Source: Deltaproteobacteria bacterium
Lineage (GTDB): Bacteria; Myxococcota_A; Polyangia; Fen-1088
Direction of reading: 5' to 3'
DNA length: 64,000 bases
Assembly: GCA_033763315.1 (NCBI GenBank)
Contig: JANRKS010000032.1
Span: forward strand, 32,001-96,000
Part shown: in pieces, positions 35,743-47,029 of the stretch
How positions within the stretch are numbered: position 1 is the stretch's first letter
Layout of the letters: the number at the start of each line of letters is the position of its first letter
The notes under the pieces: model-generated
The model's database searches: none
Seen by the model: the letters and a program-made list of their open reading frames with translations, nothing else
Told to the model about the DNA's origin: nothing
Position numbers and translations under genes: made by a program

Positions 35743-36515
35743 TCAGTCGCCGCCCTTGCTCACCGAGGCAGAGCGCTTCTTGAGCGACGCCTTGAGCAGC
35801 GTTGCGTTCATCTGCGGAATCACTTCGTAGGGGATGCTCTTCGGGCACGCGTCTGAACATTCACCCGTATTCGTGCATCCGCCGAAGCCTTCGGTTTCCA
35901 TTTGGCCCACCATGCCCAGCACGCGTGACAACGCCTCAGGCTGGCCTTGTGGCAGCAGATTGAGGTGCGCGATTTTGGCGGCTGTGAACAACATTGCCGA
36001 GCTGTTGGGGCATGCCGCCACGCAGGCGCCACAGCTGATGCAGGCGGCCGCGTCCATCGCGCGATCGGCGTTTTCTTTGGGCACCGGGATGGTGTTTGCG
36101 TCCACCGTGCCACCCGTGCGCACCGAGATGTAACCACCGGCGGCAATGATGCGGTCAAACGCGGTGCGATCCACAACCAAGTCTCGCAAAACAGGGAAGG
36201 GCGCCGCGCGCCACGGCTCGATCGTGATGCTGTCGCCGTCTTTGTATGAGCGCATGTGCAGCTGGCACGCGGTGGTGTTGTGCTGCGGGCCGTGGGGCCG
36301 GCCGTTGATCATCAAGCTGCAGCTGCCGCAGATGCCTTCGCGACAGTCGTGGTCAAAAGCGATTGGCTCTTTGCCCTTGGCTTGTAGATCCTCGTTCACC
36401 ACGTCCAACATTTCCAAGAAGGACATGTCGGGGCTGACGTGCGGTGCTTCGAGGGTCTCGAATCCGCCCGCGTCTTTGGAGTTCTTTTGTCGCCAGATGC
36501 GCAGGTTGAGTTTCA

Positions 36516-36516
<1 letters not shown>
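35743..36516 (-). CDS. sdhB: Succinate dehydrogenase/fumarate reductase iron-sulfur subunit
   Basis: [32 protein letters not shown]; start [10 protein letters not shown] at 36516 overlaps the sdhA stop. Confidence 0.95.
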
Positions 36517-38429
<1,913 letters not shown>

Positions 38430-38432
38430 GGC

Positions 38433-39101
38433 TTACTGGCCTCCCACGAGCTTGAAGAACACCGCGATGGGCACCAGGGCGAAGCCGCCGGCCACAACCA
38501 CAGTGGCCACGAAGGCAACCTCTTTGATGATGTTGAGGTAGCGCGGGTGGCTGACGCCCAAGGTGGCGAACATGCTCCACGCGCCGTGTGCCATGTGCAG
38601 GCCCACAAGCGCGGCCGCCAACACGTAGAATAAGAACACCCACGAAACGGTGAATCCGTTGACCATGTTGTTGTACGGGTCGCCCTCAATAAAGGGCTTC
38701 GGCACAACGTTGTAGCCCAGCGTCAGGTGCGCCAAGTGAAACAACAAGAACAGCAACAAGACGGGGCCCGAGAACATCATCGTTCGGGCGGCATAGCTTG
38801 AAACCTGCCGTTTATAGTTGCCGTACGACACGGGCCGCGCCTGCCGGTTGCGGGCGTTCAGTTGCACCGCCATGGCGATGTGCACTGGAAACGCCAGCAG
38901 TAGGACGATGCGAACGCCCCACAGCAGAAGGGGCGTGCTGTGAAGCAACGCCGCGTATTTGTTTATGACCTCAGCCCCCAGAAAAATCTGGAGGTTGCCG
39001 ATCATATGAACCACCAGGTAGCCGAAAATTGCGGCACCTGTGACTGCCATTAGGACCTTCTTACCAATCGTCGATTGATAGAGAGTCACGACCCTCTGCA
39101 T
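38433..39101 (-). CDS. sdhC: Succinate dehydrogenase cytochrome b subunit (b558 family)
   Basis: STIGKKVLMAVTG, five TM segments, several His heme-ligand candidates; first gene of the operon. Confidence 0.92.
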   Translation of the reverse strand: MQRVVTLYQSTIGKKVLMAVTGAAIFGYLVVHMIGNLQIFLGAEVINKYAALLHSTPLLLWGVRIVLLLAFPVHIAMAVQLNARNRQARPVSYGNYKRQVSSYAARTMMFSGPVLLLFLLFHLAHLTLGYNVVPKPFIEGDPYNNMVNGFTVSWVFLFYVLAAALVGLHMAHGAWSMFATLGVSHPRYLNIIKEVAFVATVVVAGGFALVPIAVFFKLVGGQ

Positions 39102-39203
39102 GGGCGCTACTCATATCAGACGCGGGCTGTACTTGCGACAATACGGCGCCCGCAAATCCTGCAGTTTTTTGCGGGGCCCAGCGGGCCACCACAAAACGTG
39201 GGG

Positions 39204-39581
39204 CTATTCGTCGGCTTTGGCCGATTTGCCCGCCTTGGCCTTGGCCTTCTTGGCGGCATCAGCATCAGCTTCAGCCCGCGCGGCCTCTGCCTCGGCTTCG
39301 GCAGCGGCGGCGCGGCTTTCAAGCACGGCCACCTGATCTTCCAAATTCTGGATGGTGCCGCGCAATCCGCTGACCTCGTCTTGCGTGGCCAACCCAAACA
39401 CCCCGCCGGCAACCTTGCCACATTGATCCAGCTTCTCTTTGACGGTGCCGCCAAGGCTCATGGCCTTCATGGCCGCGTTCATCAAGCGCGGATCGGTCAT
39501 CAAACGCGTCACTTGGGGGCTGCCGGCCAGCTTCATGGCTTGGCCCAGCACAGTGTCTTTCACAGAGTTTAAGAGCGACAT
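39204..39581 (-). CDS. Small coiled-coil protein, phasin-like C-terminus with an Ala/Lys tail
   Basis: GLATQDEVSGLRGTIQNLEDQVAVLE; AKKAKAKAGK tail; start MSLLNSVKD. Confidence 0.6.
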   Translation of the reverse strand: MSLLNSVKDTVLGQAMKLAGSPQVTRLMTDPRLMNAAMKAMSLGGTVKEKLDQCGKVAGGVFGLATQDEVSGLRGTIQNLEDQVAVLESRAAAAEAEAEAARAEADADAAKKAKAKAGKSAKADE

Positions 39582-39688
39582 CTTGGGCGTGTTTTCCCAT
39601 GCCCCATGGCCCGGGTCAACGCGGCCGCGCATACTCGCTACACAATGTCGGGCCCTTCTTAATAGAGCGGGGGCCACCAAGGAACGGC

Positions 39689-40711
39689 GTGACGCAGGCG
39701 GACAATCAACTCATCGATCCTGACGGGCGGAACATCCACTACTTGCGGGTGTCGGTGACCGACCGGTGCAACTACCGCTGCACCTACTGCATGCCTGAAG
39801 ACGGGGTGGACCACACGGCCCGCGCCGACGTGCTTTCGTTCGAAGAGATCACGGCCCTTGTGAGCGCGTTCGCCGGCCTCGGGGTGAGGCGGGTGCGTCT
39901 GACGGGCGGCGAGCCCACCGTGCGCAAGGATCTGGTCACGCTGGCCGGGATGCTTGCGGCGTTGCCTGGCATCGAAGATTTGGCGCTGTCGACGAACGGC
40001 CACCGTTTGGCGGAGCTCGCGGCGCCGTTGCGCGCGGCTGGTGTTACGCGGCTCAATGTGAGCCTCGATAGCTTGCGGCCCGAACGGTTCGCGAAGATTA
40101 CGCGGCGGGGGCAGGTGGCCGATGTGCTGGCGGGTTTGGCTGCGGCGAAAGCCGTGGGATTTGCCAGCATCAAATTAAACGCGGTGGCCATCAAAGGCTT
40201 CAACGACGACGAAGTGGCGGCCTTATGCACGTTTGCGTGGCAGCACGGTTTTGTCCCGCGTTTCATTGAACAGATGCCGATGATGGAAGGCGCGCTGTTT
40301 GTGCCGGGGCAGCTGATGTCGGCCGCGGATGTCCGGGCGGCGTTGCTTGCCGACTTCCCTGGCGCCGCGCTCGTGCCCGAGCCCGAAGCGCGTTTGGGGG
40401 CCGGCCCCGCCCGCTATTGGCGCCTTGAAGGCGGCAACCACGATGGGATCTGCAGGCTTGGTTTGATCACTCCCATCACCGAACATTTTTGCGACACCTG
40501 CAACCGCGTGCGCCTGTCGTCCTCGGGCAGCTTGCACACGTGTTTGGCGCACGACAACGCGGTGGATCTGCGGCGTGCCCTTCATGACGGCGGCAGCGCA
40601 GCGGTGCAGGCCGCGATCCTCGCGGCCCTTGCGCTAAAGCCCCCGAGCCACTTGTTTACCTTGGGCGCCAAAGGCGGGCCGCGCAAAAGCATGGTGCAGA
40701 TCGGCGGTTGA
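39689..40711 (+). CDS. moaA: GTP 3',8-cyclase MoaA
   Basis: RVSVTDRCNYRCTYC, TGGEP, FCDTCNRVR, C-terminal MVQIGG; GTG start after AAGGA. Confidence 0.95.
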   Translation: MTQADNQLIDPDGRNIHYLRVSVTDRCNYRCTYCMPEDGVDHTARADVLSFEEITALVSAFAGLGVRRVRLTGGEPTVRKDLVTLAGMLAALPGIEDLALSTNGHRLAELAAPLRAAGVTRLNVSLDSLRPERFAKITRRGQVADVLAGLAAAKAVGFASIKLNAVAIKGFNDDEVAALCTFAWQHGFVPRFIEQMPMMEGALFVPGQLMSAADVRAALLADFPGAALVPEPEARLGAGPARYWRLEGGNHDGICRLGLITPITEHFCDTCNRVRLSSSGSLHTCLAHDNAVDLRRALHDGGSAAVQAAILAALALKPPSHLFTLGAKGGPRKSMVQIGG

Positions 40712-40811
40712 TGTGCGTAAGCACCCGGTCAATGGCAAGGGTAGGGGATCGGTCAAGGGGCGTGCTACGATCCACCTCGTGTCCGAAACGTGCTTTGACA
40801 TTCTCAGCCGC

Positions 40812-40970
40812 ATGTTTGCTGCCGACGTAGACAAGGCGCTGTTGCGGCAAGGGGCAGCCAAGACACCCACGGAGCGGATCATTTGGCTTGAAGAGATGCA
40901 GGCCTTTGCTGAGGATGCCGAGAAAGCCCGAAAACATGCAGCTACGCGCCCTCCTAACCCTGCTCGTTGA
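40812..40970 (+). CDS. Small helical protein, putative antitoxin
   Basis: MFAADVDKALLRQGAAKTPTERIIWLEEM (52 aa); overlaps the downstream NTase gene. Confidence 0.6.
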   Translation: MFAADVDKALLRQGAAKTPTERIIWLEEMQAFAEDAEKARKHAATRPPNPAR

Positions 40971-41400
40971 TCAGCAGGTTCGGTTCTCCGTCATCGGTGG
41001 CGTGGCGCTCATTGCCCGCGGCGTTCAACGATCAACCCAGGATCTCGACATTGCCTATGCGCGCGACCGTCAGAATCTGGCGAGGCTTGCCGCTGCCTTG
41101 CGGCCGCTGCACCCCAAGCTTCGCGGTGTGCCGGGCGAGTTGCCATTCGTGCTTGATGAGGCATCGCTGCGCAGCGGCTTGAATTTCACATTAGACACTG
41201 ATTTGGGCCCGCTGGACTTACTGGGTGAAGTGCCGGGGCTAGGCACGTTCGATGAAGTGGATGCCGTCAGCTCCGAGTTGGATATCGCGGGCACGCAAGT
41301 GACAGTGTTGACGATTGAAGGTCTCGTACGCGCCAAACGAGCCGCGGGGCGCCCAAAGGATTTGGTCGATCTAGGGTTCCTGCAGAGCCTCAAGGAGTGA
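40936..41400 (+). CDS. Pol-beta superfamily nucleotidyltransferase (AbiEii/DUF6036/MenT-like), putative toxin
   Basis: VIGGVAL..RG..RSTQDLD, LDLL, L..AKRAAGRPKDLVDL. Confidence 0.8.
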   Translation: MQLRALLTLLVDQQVRFSVIGGVALIARGVQRSTQDLDIAYARDRQNLARLAAALRPLHPKLRGVPGELPFVLDEASLRSGLNFTLDTDLGPLDLLGEVPGLGTFDEVDAVSSELDIAGTQVTVLTIEGLVRAKRAAGRPKDLVDLGFLQSLKE

Positions 41401-42041
41401 CGGTGTCAAAGGGGGCAAAAAGAACGGTGCAAAGCCGCAGTGGCCGTGGTCCCAACCGTGGGGGGATCCGCTGGCTCACAAATTGCCTCGCCCTCGGAGT
41501 TCTAGCAACCCTGAGCAGCCCCGCCTTCGTATCTTGCGCCAGCAGCCCCAAGCAATCGCCACGCAAGGACGGGCGCCAAGCGAATGATGAACCTCCGCTC
41601 GGCCATGTTGATCGCGCAACCATCTCGGCTCTTCCGAAGTGGCAGGCGGCGGCATTGCACACGCAAGTTGATGAAAACGTGGCCCGCGCCCTTCGCACAG
41701 TGCCTGGAGGCGCGACGGTGCGTGTGTTCTTGGGCACCTGGTGCGGTGACAGCCGCCGTGAAGTCAGCCGGTTTTGGAAAGCGCTTGATGCAGCGGGAGA
41801 CTCCGTTCCGTTTGCGGCGGAATACGTGGCCGTGGGCCGCGACATGCAGGCGCCGGGGGAGCTGGCCGCCGGAGCGGACCTTCACTTCGTACCCACGTTC
41901 GTGGTCGTACGCGACGGGGATGAGATTGGCCGGGTCATCGAGTTGCCAGAATTTTCGATCGAACAAGATCTGCTGAGTTTGTTGCGCGGAGATCGCCGGG
42001 GCGTGCTCTCGGGTCGCCCCGATCTGGCGTCTCGTAACTGA
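41397..42041 (+). CDS. Exported monothiol thioredoxin-like protein
   Basis: VFLGTWCGDS (CxxS), VPTFVV..G.EIGRVIE; N-terminal hydrophobic segment. Confidence 0.8.
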   Translation: MTVSKGAKRTVQSRSGRGPNRGGIRWLTNCLALGVLATLSSPAFVSCASSPKQSPRKDGRQANDEPPLGHVDRATISALPKWQAAALHTQVDENVARALRTVPGGATVRVFLGTWCGDSRREVSRFWKALDAAGDSVPFAAEYVAVGRDMQAPGELAAGADLHFVPTFVVVRDGDEIGRVIELPEFSIEQDLLSLLRGDRRGVLSGRPDLASRN

Positions 42042-42124
42042 GCGGCGCGCTTGTCGTAAGCGTATCAACGATCGCCTAAGCAGGATGCTTCGTGCGCCAC
42101 TTCGGTTAAGATGCGGCCCACCTC

Positions 42125-43531
42125 ATGGCGAAGAACCCTGCTCTTAAGACTCAGATTCAACGGCTGCGCGGCGCTTTTGAAGATCGTTTGGCACGGCTTG
42201 TAGAGATCCCTTCGGTCAGCATGGACCCAACCCGCAAGGCCGATATGGATCGCTGTGCGGAAGAAGCAGCCAGTTGTTTGCGAGAGGTGGGGGCGACGGT
42301 GGAAGTGGTGCCGACGGGCGGTTACCCGATCGTGGTGGGCAAGTTGATCCGCGATCCCGCGTTGCCCACCGTGACCGTTTACAACCATCTGGACGTGCAG
42401 CCCGCGGATCCTGCGGAATGGAACACGCCACCATTTAAGTTCACGCGCAAAGGCTCGCGCTATTTCGCCCGCGGCTCCACGGATGACAAAGGCCCGGCGT
42501 TGGCCGCTCTGTTCGGCGCGCAACTGGCGGTGGCCGACAACGTGGGCCTAAACATTCAGTTTCTGTGGGAGCTTGAAGAAGAGATCGGCAGCCCCAACTT
42601 TGATCGCGGCATGGCCAAGCTGACGAAGGCAGGCTTCGCCACGGATTCGGTGGTGGTGTCCGATACGATCTGGATCGCCGCCGGTCGGCCCGCCATTGCT
42701 TATGGCCTGCGCGGTCTGTTGAAGTTCACGGTGCGGCTCAAAACAGGCGTCAAAGATGTGCATTCAGGCACGACGGGTGGCGCGGCTCGCAACCCCGTGG
42801 GCGAATTGGCCCAACTCATTAGCGAGTGTTACGACGCCCGCAGCGGCCGCGTGAAAATCCCGGGCTTTTACAACGATGTCAAACGCCTCAGCGCCAGCGA
42901 AAAGGCAAGCTTTGCCAAAGCGGGCTTCTCGCGCAAACGCTTTGCGGCGGCCCACGAATTGCTCAGCTTGCGGTTTCGCAGCGACGCCGAAGTCATGGAA
43001 TCGTTGATGGCGTTGCCCACGTTTGAAGTGCACGGCATCAACGGTGGTTATGCGGGCCCTGGCATCAAGACGATCGTGCCGCACATCGCGGAAGCGAAGC
43101 TGTCGACACGTTTGGTGCCGAACCAAAAGCCCGAAAAAGTCTTCGCGTTGATCAAGCGTTTCATCAAACAGCGCTGCCCCGACGCCGAGGTCATTCAAGA
43201 AGGTGTGCTTGAACCGTTCTTGAGCGAATTGGGCGGGCCTCATCAAGCGGCCGCGGCGCGGGCGATGAAAAGCGCGTTTGGCAAAGAGCCGGCATTTACA
43301 CGCGAAGGCGGATCCATCGGCGCTGTGTTGACGATGCAGAAGCGCTTGGCGGCGCCGATCGTGTTCGCAGGCTTATCGTTGCCCGAACACGGCTACCACG
43401 CCATCAACGAGAACTTCGATTGGCAGCAAGGGGGCGGCGGCATGGAAATGTTCTACCGCTACTTCTTCGAATTGGCGGCGCTCGGCAAGCGCGGCAAAAA
43501 GGTGGGCGGGCGTAAGACGTCCAAACGCTGA
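42125..43531 (+). CDS. M20 family metallo-dipeptidase
   Basis: YNHLDVQP, ARGSTDDKG, EEEIGS, HSG, GGSI, HAINE. Confidence 0.93.
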   Translation: MAKNPALKTQIQRLRGAFEDRLARLVEIPSVSMDPTRKADMDRCAEEAASCLREVGATVEVVPTGGYPIVVGKLIRDPALPTVTVYNHLDVQPADPAEWNTPPFKFTRKGSRYFARGSTDDKGPALAALFGAQLAVADNVGLNIQFLWELEEEIGSPNFDRGMAKLTKAGFATDSVVVSDTIWIAAGRPAIAYGLRGLLKFTVRLKTGVKDVHSGTTGGAARNPVGELAQLISECYDARSGRVKIPGFYNDVKRLSASEKASFAKAGFSRKRFAAAHELLSLRFRSDAEVMESLMALPTFEVHGINGGYAGPGIKTIVPHIAEAKLSTRLVPNQKPEKVFALIKRFIKQRCPDAEVIQEGVLEPFLSELGGPHQAAAARAMKSAFGKEPAFTREGGSIGAVLTMQKRLAAPIVFAGLSLPEHGYHAINENFDWQQGGGGMEMFYRYFFELAALGKRGKKVGGRKTSKR

Positions 43532-43539
43532 GGCCCATC

Positions 43540-44025
43540 ATGACGGTGCCGCCGCAACGCGTGCTGTTCCTGTGTACTGGCAACTATTACCGCAGCCGGT
43601 TTGCGGAGCACATCTTCAACCACCTGGCCACAGCCGCGCGGCTGCCCTTGGTGGCTGATTCGGCGGGTTTGGCGCCGCAGTGCTGGACCCGCAACCCCGG
43701 CGACTTGTCGCCCCACACGGTGGCCGCCTTGCGCGCGCGAAACATCGCTGCCCACCTTCGACCACCTCGGGACGTGGCGGCCGCTGATTTCGCGGCCTTT
43801 ACCCGCATCATCGCCATGAAAGAGGCGGAACACCGGCCAATGGTTGAACAAAGGTTCGGCGGGTTTGCGCAGCAAGTGCAGTATTGGGCGTTCGACGACA
43901 TCGAAGATCAACCCCCGGAGGTGGTGGTGCCCGCCATTGAGGCCCGCGTGCGTGCCCTGCTCGTGGAGTTGACGGGAAGTAACGTTGTTGCACCAGGTCG
44001 TGTGGCGCCTGAGGCGCCTCGGTAG
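43540..44025 (+). CDS. Low-molecular-weight phosphatase family protein
   Basis: VLFLCTGNYYRSRFAE (CX5R). Confidence 0.85.
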   Translation: MTVPPQRVLFLCTGNYYRSRFAEHIFNHLATAARLPLVADSAGLAPQCWTRNPGDLSPHTVAALRARNIAAHLRPPRDVAAADFAAFTRIIAMKEAEHRPMVEQRFGGFAQQVQYWAFDDIEDQPPEVVVPAIEARVRALLVELTGSNVVAPGRVAPEAPR

Positions 44026-44058
44026 CCTTGCGAAACCAACACTGCTAACCTTTGGCCC

Positions 44059-44556
44059 ATGAGCCAGGCCCCCGCCCCCGCCGCTGCCCCTGTTTCTAAG
44101 ACGGCCGCGATCAAGATCGTGCTGACCGTGGTTGCCATCGTTGGTTTGGTGGGAGGGTTGCTCTACTCATCCACCAAAGAGCAAACCGCTTACTACAAGC
44201 ACGTCGACGAGGTGATGCAGGCGCCTGCGAAGTGGCAGGGCAAGAAGCTGCAGGTGCATGGCAACGTGGTGCCGGGAACCATCGAGAAGAAGCCAGGCAC
44301 GCTTGAGTATCGCTTCACCGTCGAAAGCCGCGCGCCGCGGTCTCCGCAGAAGCTCGTGGTGTTCTACCGGGGCATCGTGCCCGACACCTTCAAGTCAGAT
44401 TCCGAAGTGGTTGTGACGGGCATGCTCGACAACCAGCAACAACTCAAGGGCGACGACATTCAGGCCAAGTGTCCTTCGCGCTATGAGGGCAAAGAGGGCT
44501 CGAATCTGATGAAGGATTCGCCCACCGGCCGCGGCACGTATCCCAACGGCACGTAG
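44059..44556 (+). CDS. ccmE: Heme chaperone CcmE (CxxxY variant)
   Basis: N-terminal TM, YRGIVPDTFK...VVVTG, AKCPSRY. Confidence 0.9.
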   Translation: MSQAPAPAAAPVSKTAAIKIVLTVVAIVGLVGGLLYSSTKEQTAYYKHVDEVMQAPAKWQGKKLQVHGNVVPGTIEKKPGTLEYRFTVESRAPRSPQKLVVFYRGIVPDTFKSDSEVVVTGMLDNQQQLKGDDIQAKCPSRYEGKEGSNLMKDSPTGRGTYPNGT

Positions 44557-44598
44557 CGCTCTGCTGACCCCCTTGAAGCTGTGAGGCGAGCGCGACGG

Positions 44599-45192
44599 TT
44601 ATTTTGTGGGCGCGCCCGGAATGATCACGTCGGCCCACAAGATCGAAAGATCCAATTCGATCGCGTCGAATGGTTGTGCGCGCACGACGGCGTCGTCGCG
44701 AAACGCAGCACGCAAGATCCAGTTTCCATCGGCGCCAAGTTGCAGAACCTCCAGGGTGTGGTTGAGCGGTTCAACCAGCCAAGCCCACGGGACACCTTGC
44801 CGAGCGTAAATGGAGAGTTTGTCGGTGCGATCGAATTTTTCTGTCGAAGGGCTCAACACCTCCACGATCCAATCGGGCGCCAAAGTGAAATAGGTTTCAT
44901 CTGCCAGCAAAGACGGCATGCGTTCACGGCGCCAGCCGGCGAGGTCGGGCACCAACACGTCACGGCCGAAGTGAAGTTCTGGCTCGTAGAGGATGATCCA
45001 ACCGCCGGGCCCACCGCGTCCGCGCTTGAAGGGCGGGCCCAACTCTTCGCTTAAGGCCGTAGCTGCCGCTGCGTGAGGCTTCGCCGGGCGAGGCTGCAAA
45101 CGCAATTCGCCCGCGATGAGCTCGGCCACCATGTGGGCTGGCGCATTCAGCACGTCCTCATACGTCGCGAGTTTCTTGGCTGAATCAGCCAT
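44599..45192 (-). CDS. Uma2 family endonuclease
   Basis: ELIAGEL..PRP..H, EPEL, PDLAGW, PDWIVEVLSPST..DR..K..Y. Confidence 0.92.
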   Translation of the reverse strand: MADSAKKLATYEDVLNAPAHMVAELIAGELRLQPRPAKPHAAAATALSEELGPPFKRGRGGPGGWIILYEPELHFGRDVLVPDLAGWRRERMPSLLADETYFTLAPDWIVEVLSPSTEKFDRTDKLSIYARQGVPWAWLVEPLNHTLEVLQLGADGNWILRAAFRDDAVVRAQPFDAIELDLSILWADVIIPGAPTK

Positions 45193-45270
45193 AGCAACCA
45201 CTTTAGCACGCTTGTTTGTCGCCTCTAAGCCGCCGACGCGCTCGCCCTGAGGCGAACGAACACCGCTTCG

Positions 45271-46869
45271 TCAGTCTTGCCGCAATCCATCAACCGCACG
45301 CAAGCGGCTGGCTTTAACGGCAGGATAAAGGGTCGCGAGCAAGCAAATCGCCAACGACAACGCGGGAACCAGCATCACTTCCACGGGCGAGATCTGCACG
45401 GGTAAGCGTTCGATCAAATAAACCTTGGGATCGAGGCCATAGCCGTAGTGGCTGACGATGCTGCACAAAGCGAGACCCAACGTGACGCCCAACCCCCCGC
45501 CGGCCAGCCCCACGATGGCGCCGGCGGCCAAGAAGATTCCCAAGATCGGCCGCGGGCGGGCGCCCATGGATCCCAAAATCGCAATCTCGCGCTCCTTCGT
45601 GCGCACGATCAGAAACAGCGACGCCAAGATGTTGAACGCGGCCACCACGATGATGATCAACAGCACGATCGAAATCACCACCTTTTGCATCGTCAACGCT
45701 GTGAACAAGTTCGCGTTTAAACTGCGCCAATCGATCACTTTGAAGGCCGGCCCCAATAGGTTCTCGGCGGTTTCCACGAGCCCCAGCGCTTTGATTGGAT
45801 CCGCAAATCGCAACTCAATACCGAAGATCGATTGCCGAGCGCCAGCCAAACGCTTGGCGTCTTCGATGTTCACGTAAGCCAACCGCGAATCGTATTCGTT
45901 GAAACCTAAGTGAAAGATGCCGACGACCTTGAACGGGTAAGAAGGCGGGGTCGCATCGCTTTTGGATGGGAACGGCACCAAGATCGCCACGCAGTCACCT
46001 ACCTTTGCGCGCAGCTTTTGAGCCAACTCCGTGCCTAACATAATGCGGCCGGCGTCTTCGGGCGGGCCCGGTTCGTCGCCCGGCAGCAATGGCTTGGGCT
46101 GACAGGTGGCGGGACGTCCGAGATCCGCGAACTTGCCCTTCTCGATTGTGGCGGCCAAATCAGAGCCTCCGTGGGTGAGGTCCAGTCCTTTGAGATTCGC
46201 GCCCACCTTGCCAATCATCACCTCGCCACCCGACAGCGAAAAGCGTTCGATTTTGAGCAGGCCCGGCAGCTTGCTCAACTTCTTCGTCATTTCTTCGGCT
46301 TCCTGATCCGCCTCTGCGACGTCCGGCTTGCCGTAACTTGTGGCGATGAGGTGGCCATTGACGGACAACACCTTCTTTTGAAACTCGCGCTCGAAGCCAC
46401 TGGTGACCGAAAGCACCACAACCAGCGACGCCACACCTAACGCCACGCCCAGGGTGGATACCGCGGTGAAGATCGAGAACACATTCAACAGCACCGTAAT
46501 GGCCAACGCCACAGCGGAAGCGAACAGCACAAATGCCCCCAACGTCTCAAGCGCCCGCCCGTGGTCGTGGCCTCCCAGGAAGGCGGCGAGCCCCAGCAGC
46601 ATGACGCCCGCACAGATGGCCAGCGCCACCCGCGCACCTTTCGATGGCTTGTTTCGCTGCAGGTAGCGCAGCGCCACCGTGCGTTCAAGGTCGAACCCGA
46701 ACAGGTACGCCACCAAGCCAAACACGGCCAATTCCGCCGCGAGCACGGCGAGCAACGTGCGCTGGTCGGGAAAGGCCTTCGCGGCCAGCACAAGCGCCAC
46801 GGTGGCGGCAATGGCCACGACGCGAGAAAGGTTTCTAAGCATTTGGGGGAATCGGGCCTGGGCGGGCAA
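45271..46869 (-). CDS. LolC/E-like (FtsX family) ABC transporter permease with extra TM segments
   Basis: ALRYL, GVALGVASLVVVLSVTSGF, DWRSLNANLF, VAAFNI, KEREIAILGSMGA, YPAVKASRL. Confidence 0.88.
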   Translation of the reverse strand: MPAQARFPQMLRNLSRVVAIAATVALVLAAKAFPDQRTLLAVLAAELAVFGLVAYLFGFDLERTVALRYLQRNKPSKGARVALAICAGVMLLGLAAFLGGHDHGRALETLGAFVLFASAVALAITVLLNVFSIFTAVSTLGVALGVASLVVVLSVTSGFEREFQKKVLSVNGHLIATSYGKPDVAEADQEAEEMTKKLSKLPGLLKIERFSLSGGEVMIGKVGANLKGLDLTHGGSDLAATIEKGKFADLGRPATCQPKPLLPGDEPGPPEDAGRIMLGTELAQKLRAKVGDCVAILVPFPSKSDATPPSYPFKVVGIFHLGFNEYDSRLAYVNIEDAKRLAGARQSIFGIELRFADPIKALGLVETAENLLGPAFKVIDWRSLNANLFTALTMQKVVISIVLLIIIVVAAFNILASLFLIVRTKEREIAILGSMGARPRPILGIFLAAGAIVGLAGGGLGVTLGLALCSIVSHYGYGLDPKVYLIERLPVQISPVEVMLVPALSLAICLLATLYPAVKASRLRAVDGLRQD

Positions 46870-46991
46870 CGCTAGCGGGCGGCGTAGACGTTCGCCAGGT
46901 TAACACCAAACAAAGCCCGCAAGCCGTGCCCACGCGTTGGCATTCATCGGGTGCTTACGCCGTTCAAATCTCCGATTGAAGCTGGCGTTCC

Positions 46992-47021
46992 TTGACAGCA
47001 AGAAGGGTGGCCCCTTACCGT
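46992..47021 (+). promoter_or_regulatory. Putative sigma70 promoter
   Basis: TTGACA (46992-46997), 18 nt, TACCGT (47016-47021), 8 nt, ATG 47030. Confidence 0.6.
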
Positions 47022-47029
47022 GTTCTCGC

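Noticed and set aside
39582-39688. Moco riboswitch upstream of moaA
   Set aside because: Short divergent intergenic region with one simple hairpin and no recognisable multi-stem consensus
44599-45192. Uma2 nuclease as a restriction or defence system
   Set aside because: Solitary gene with no methylase or partner; such paralogs are commonly scattered in myxobacterial genomes
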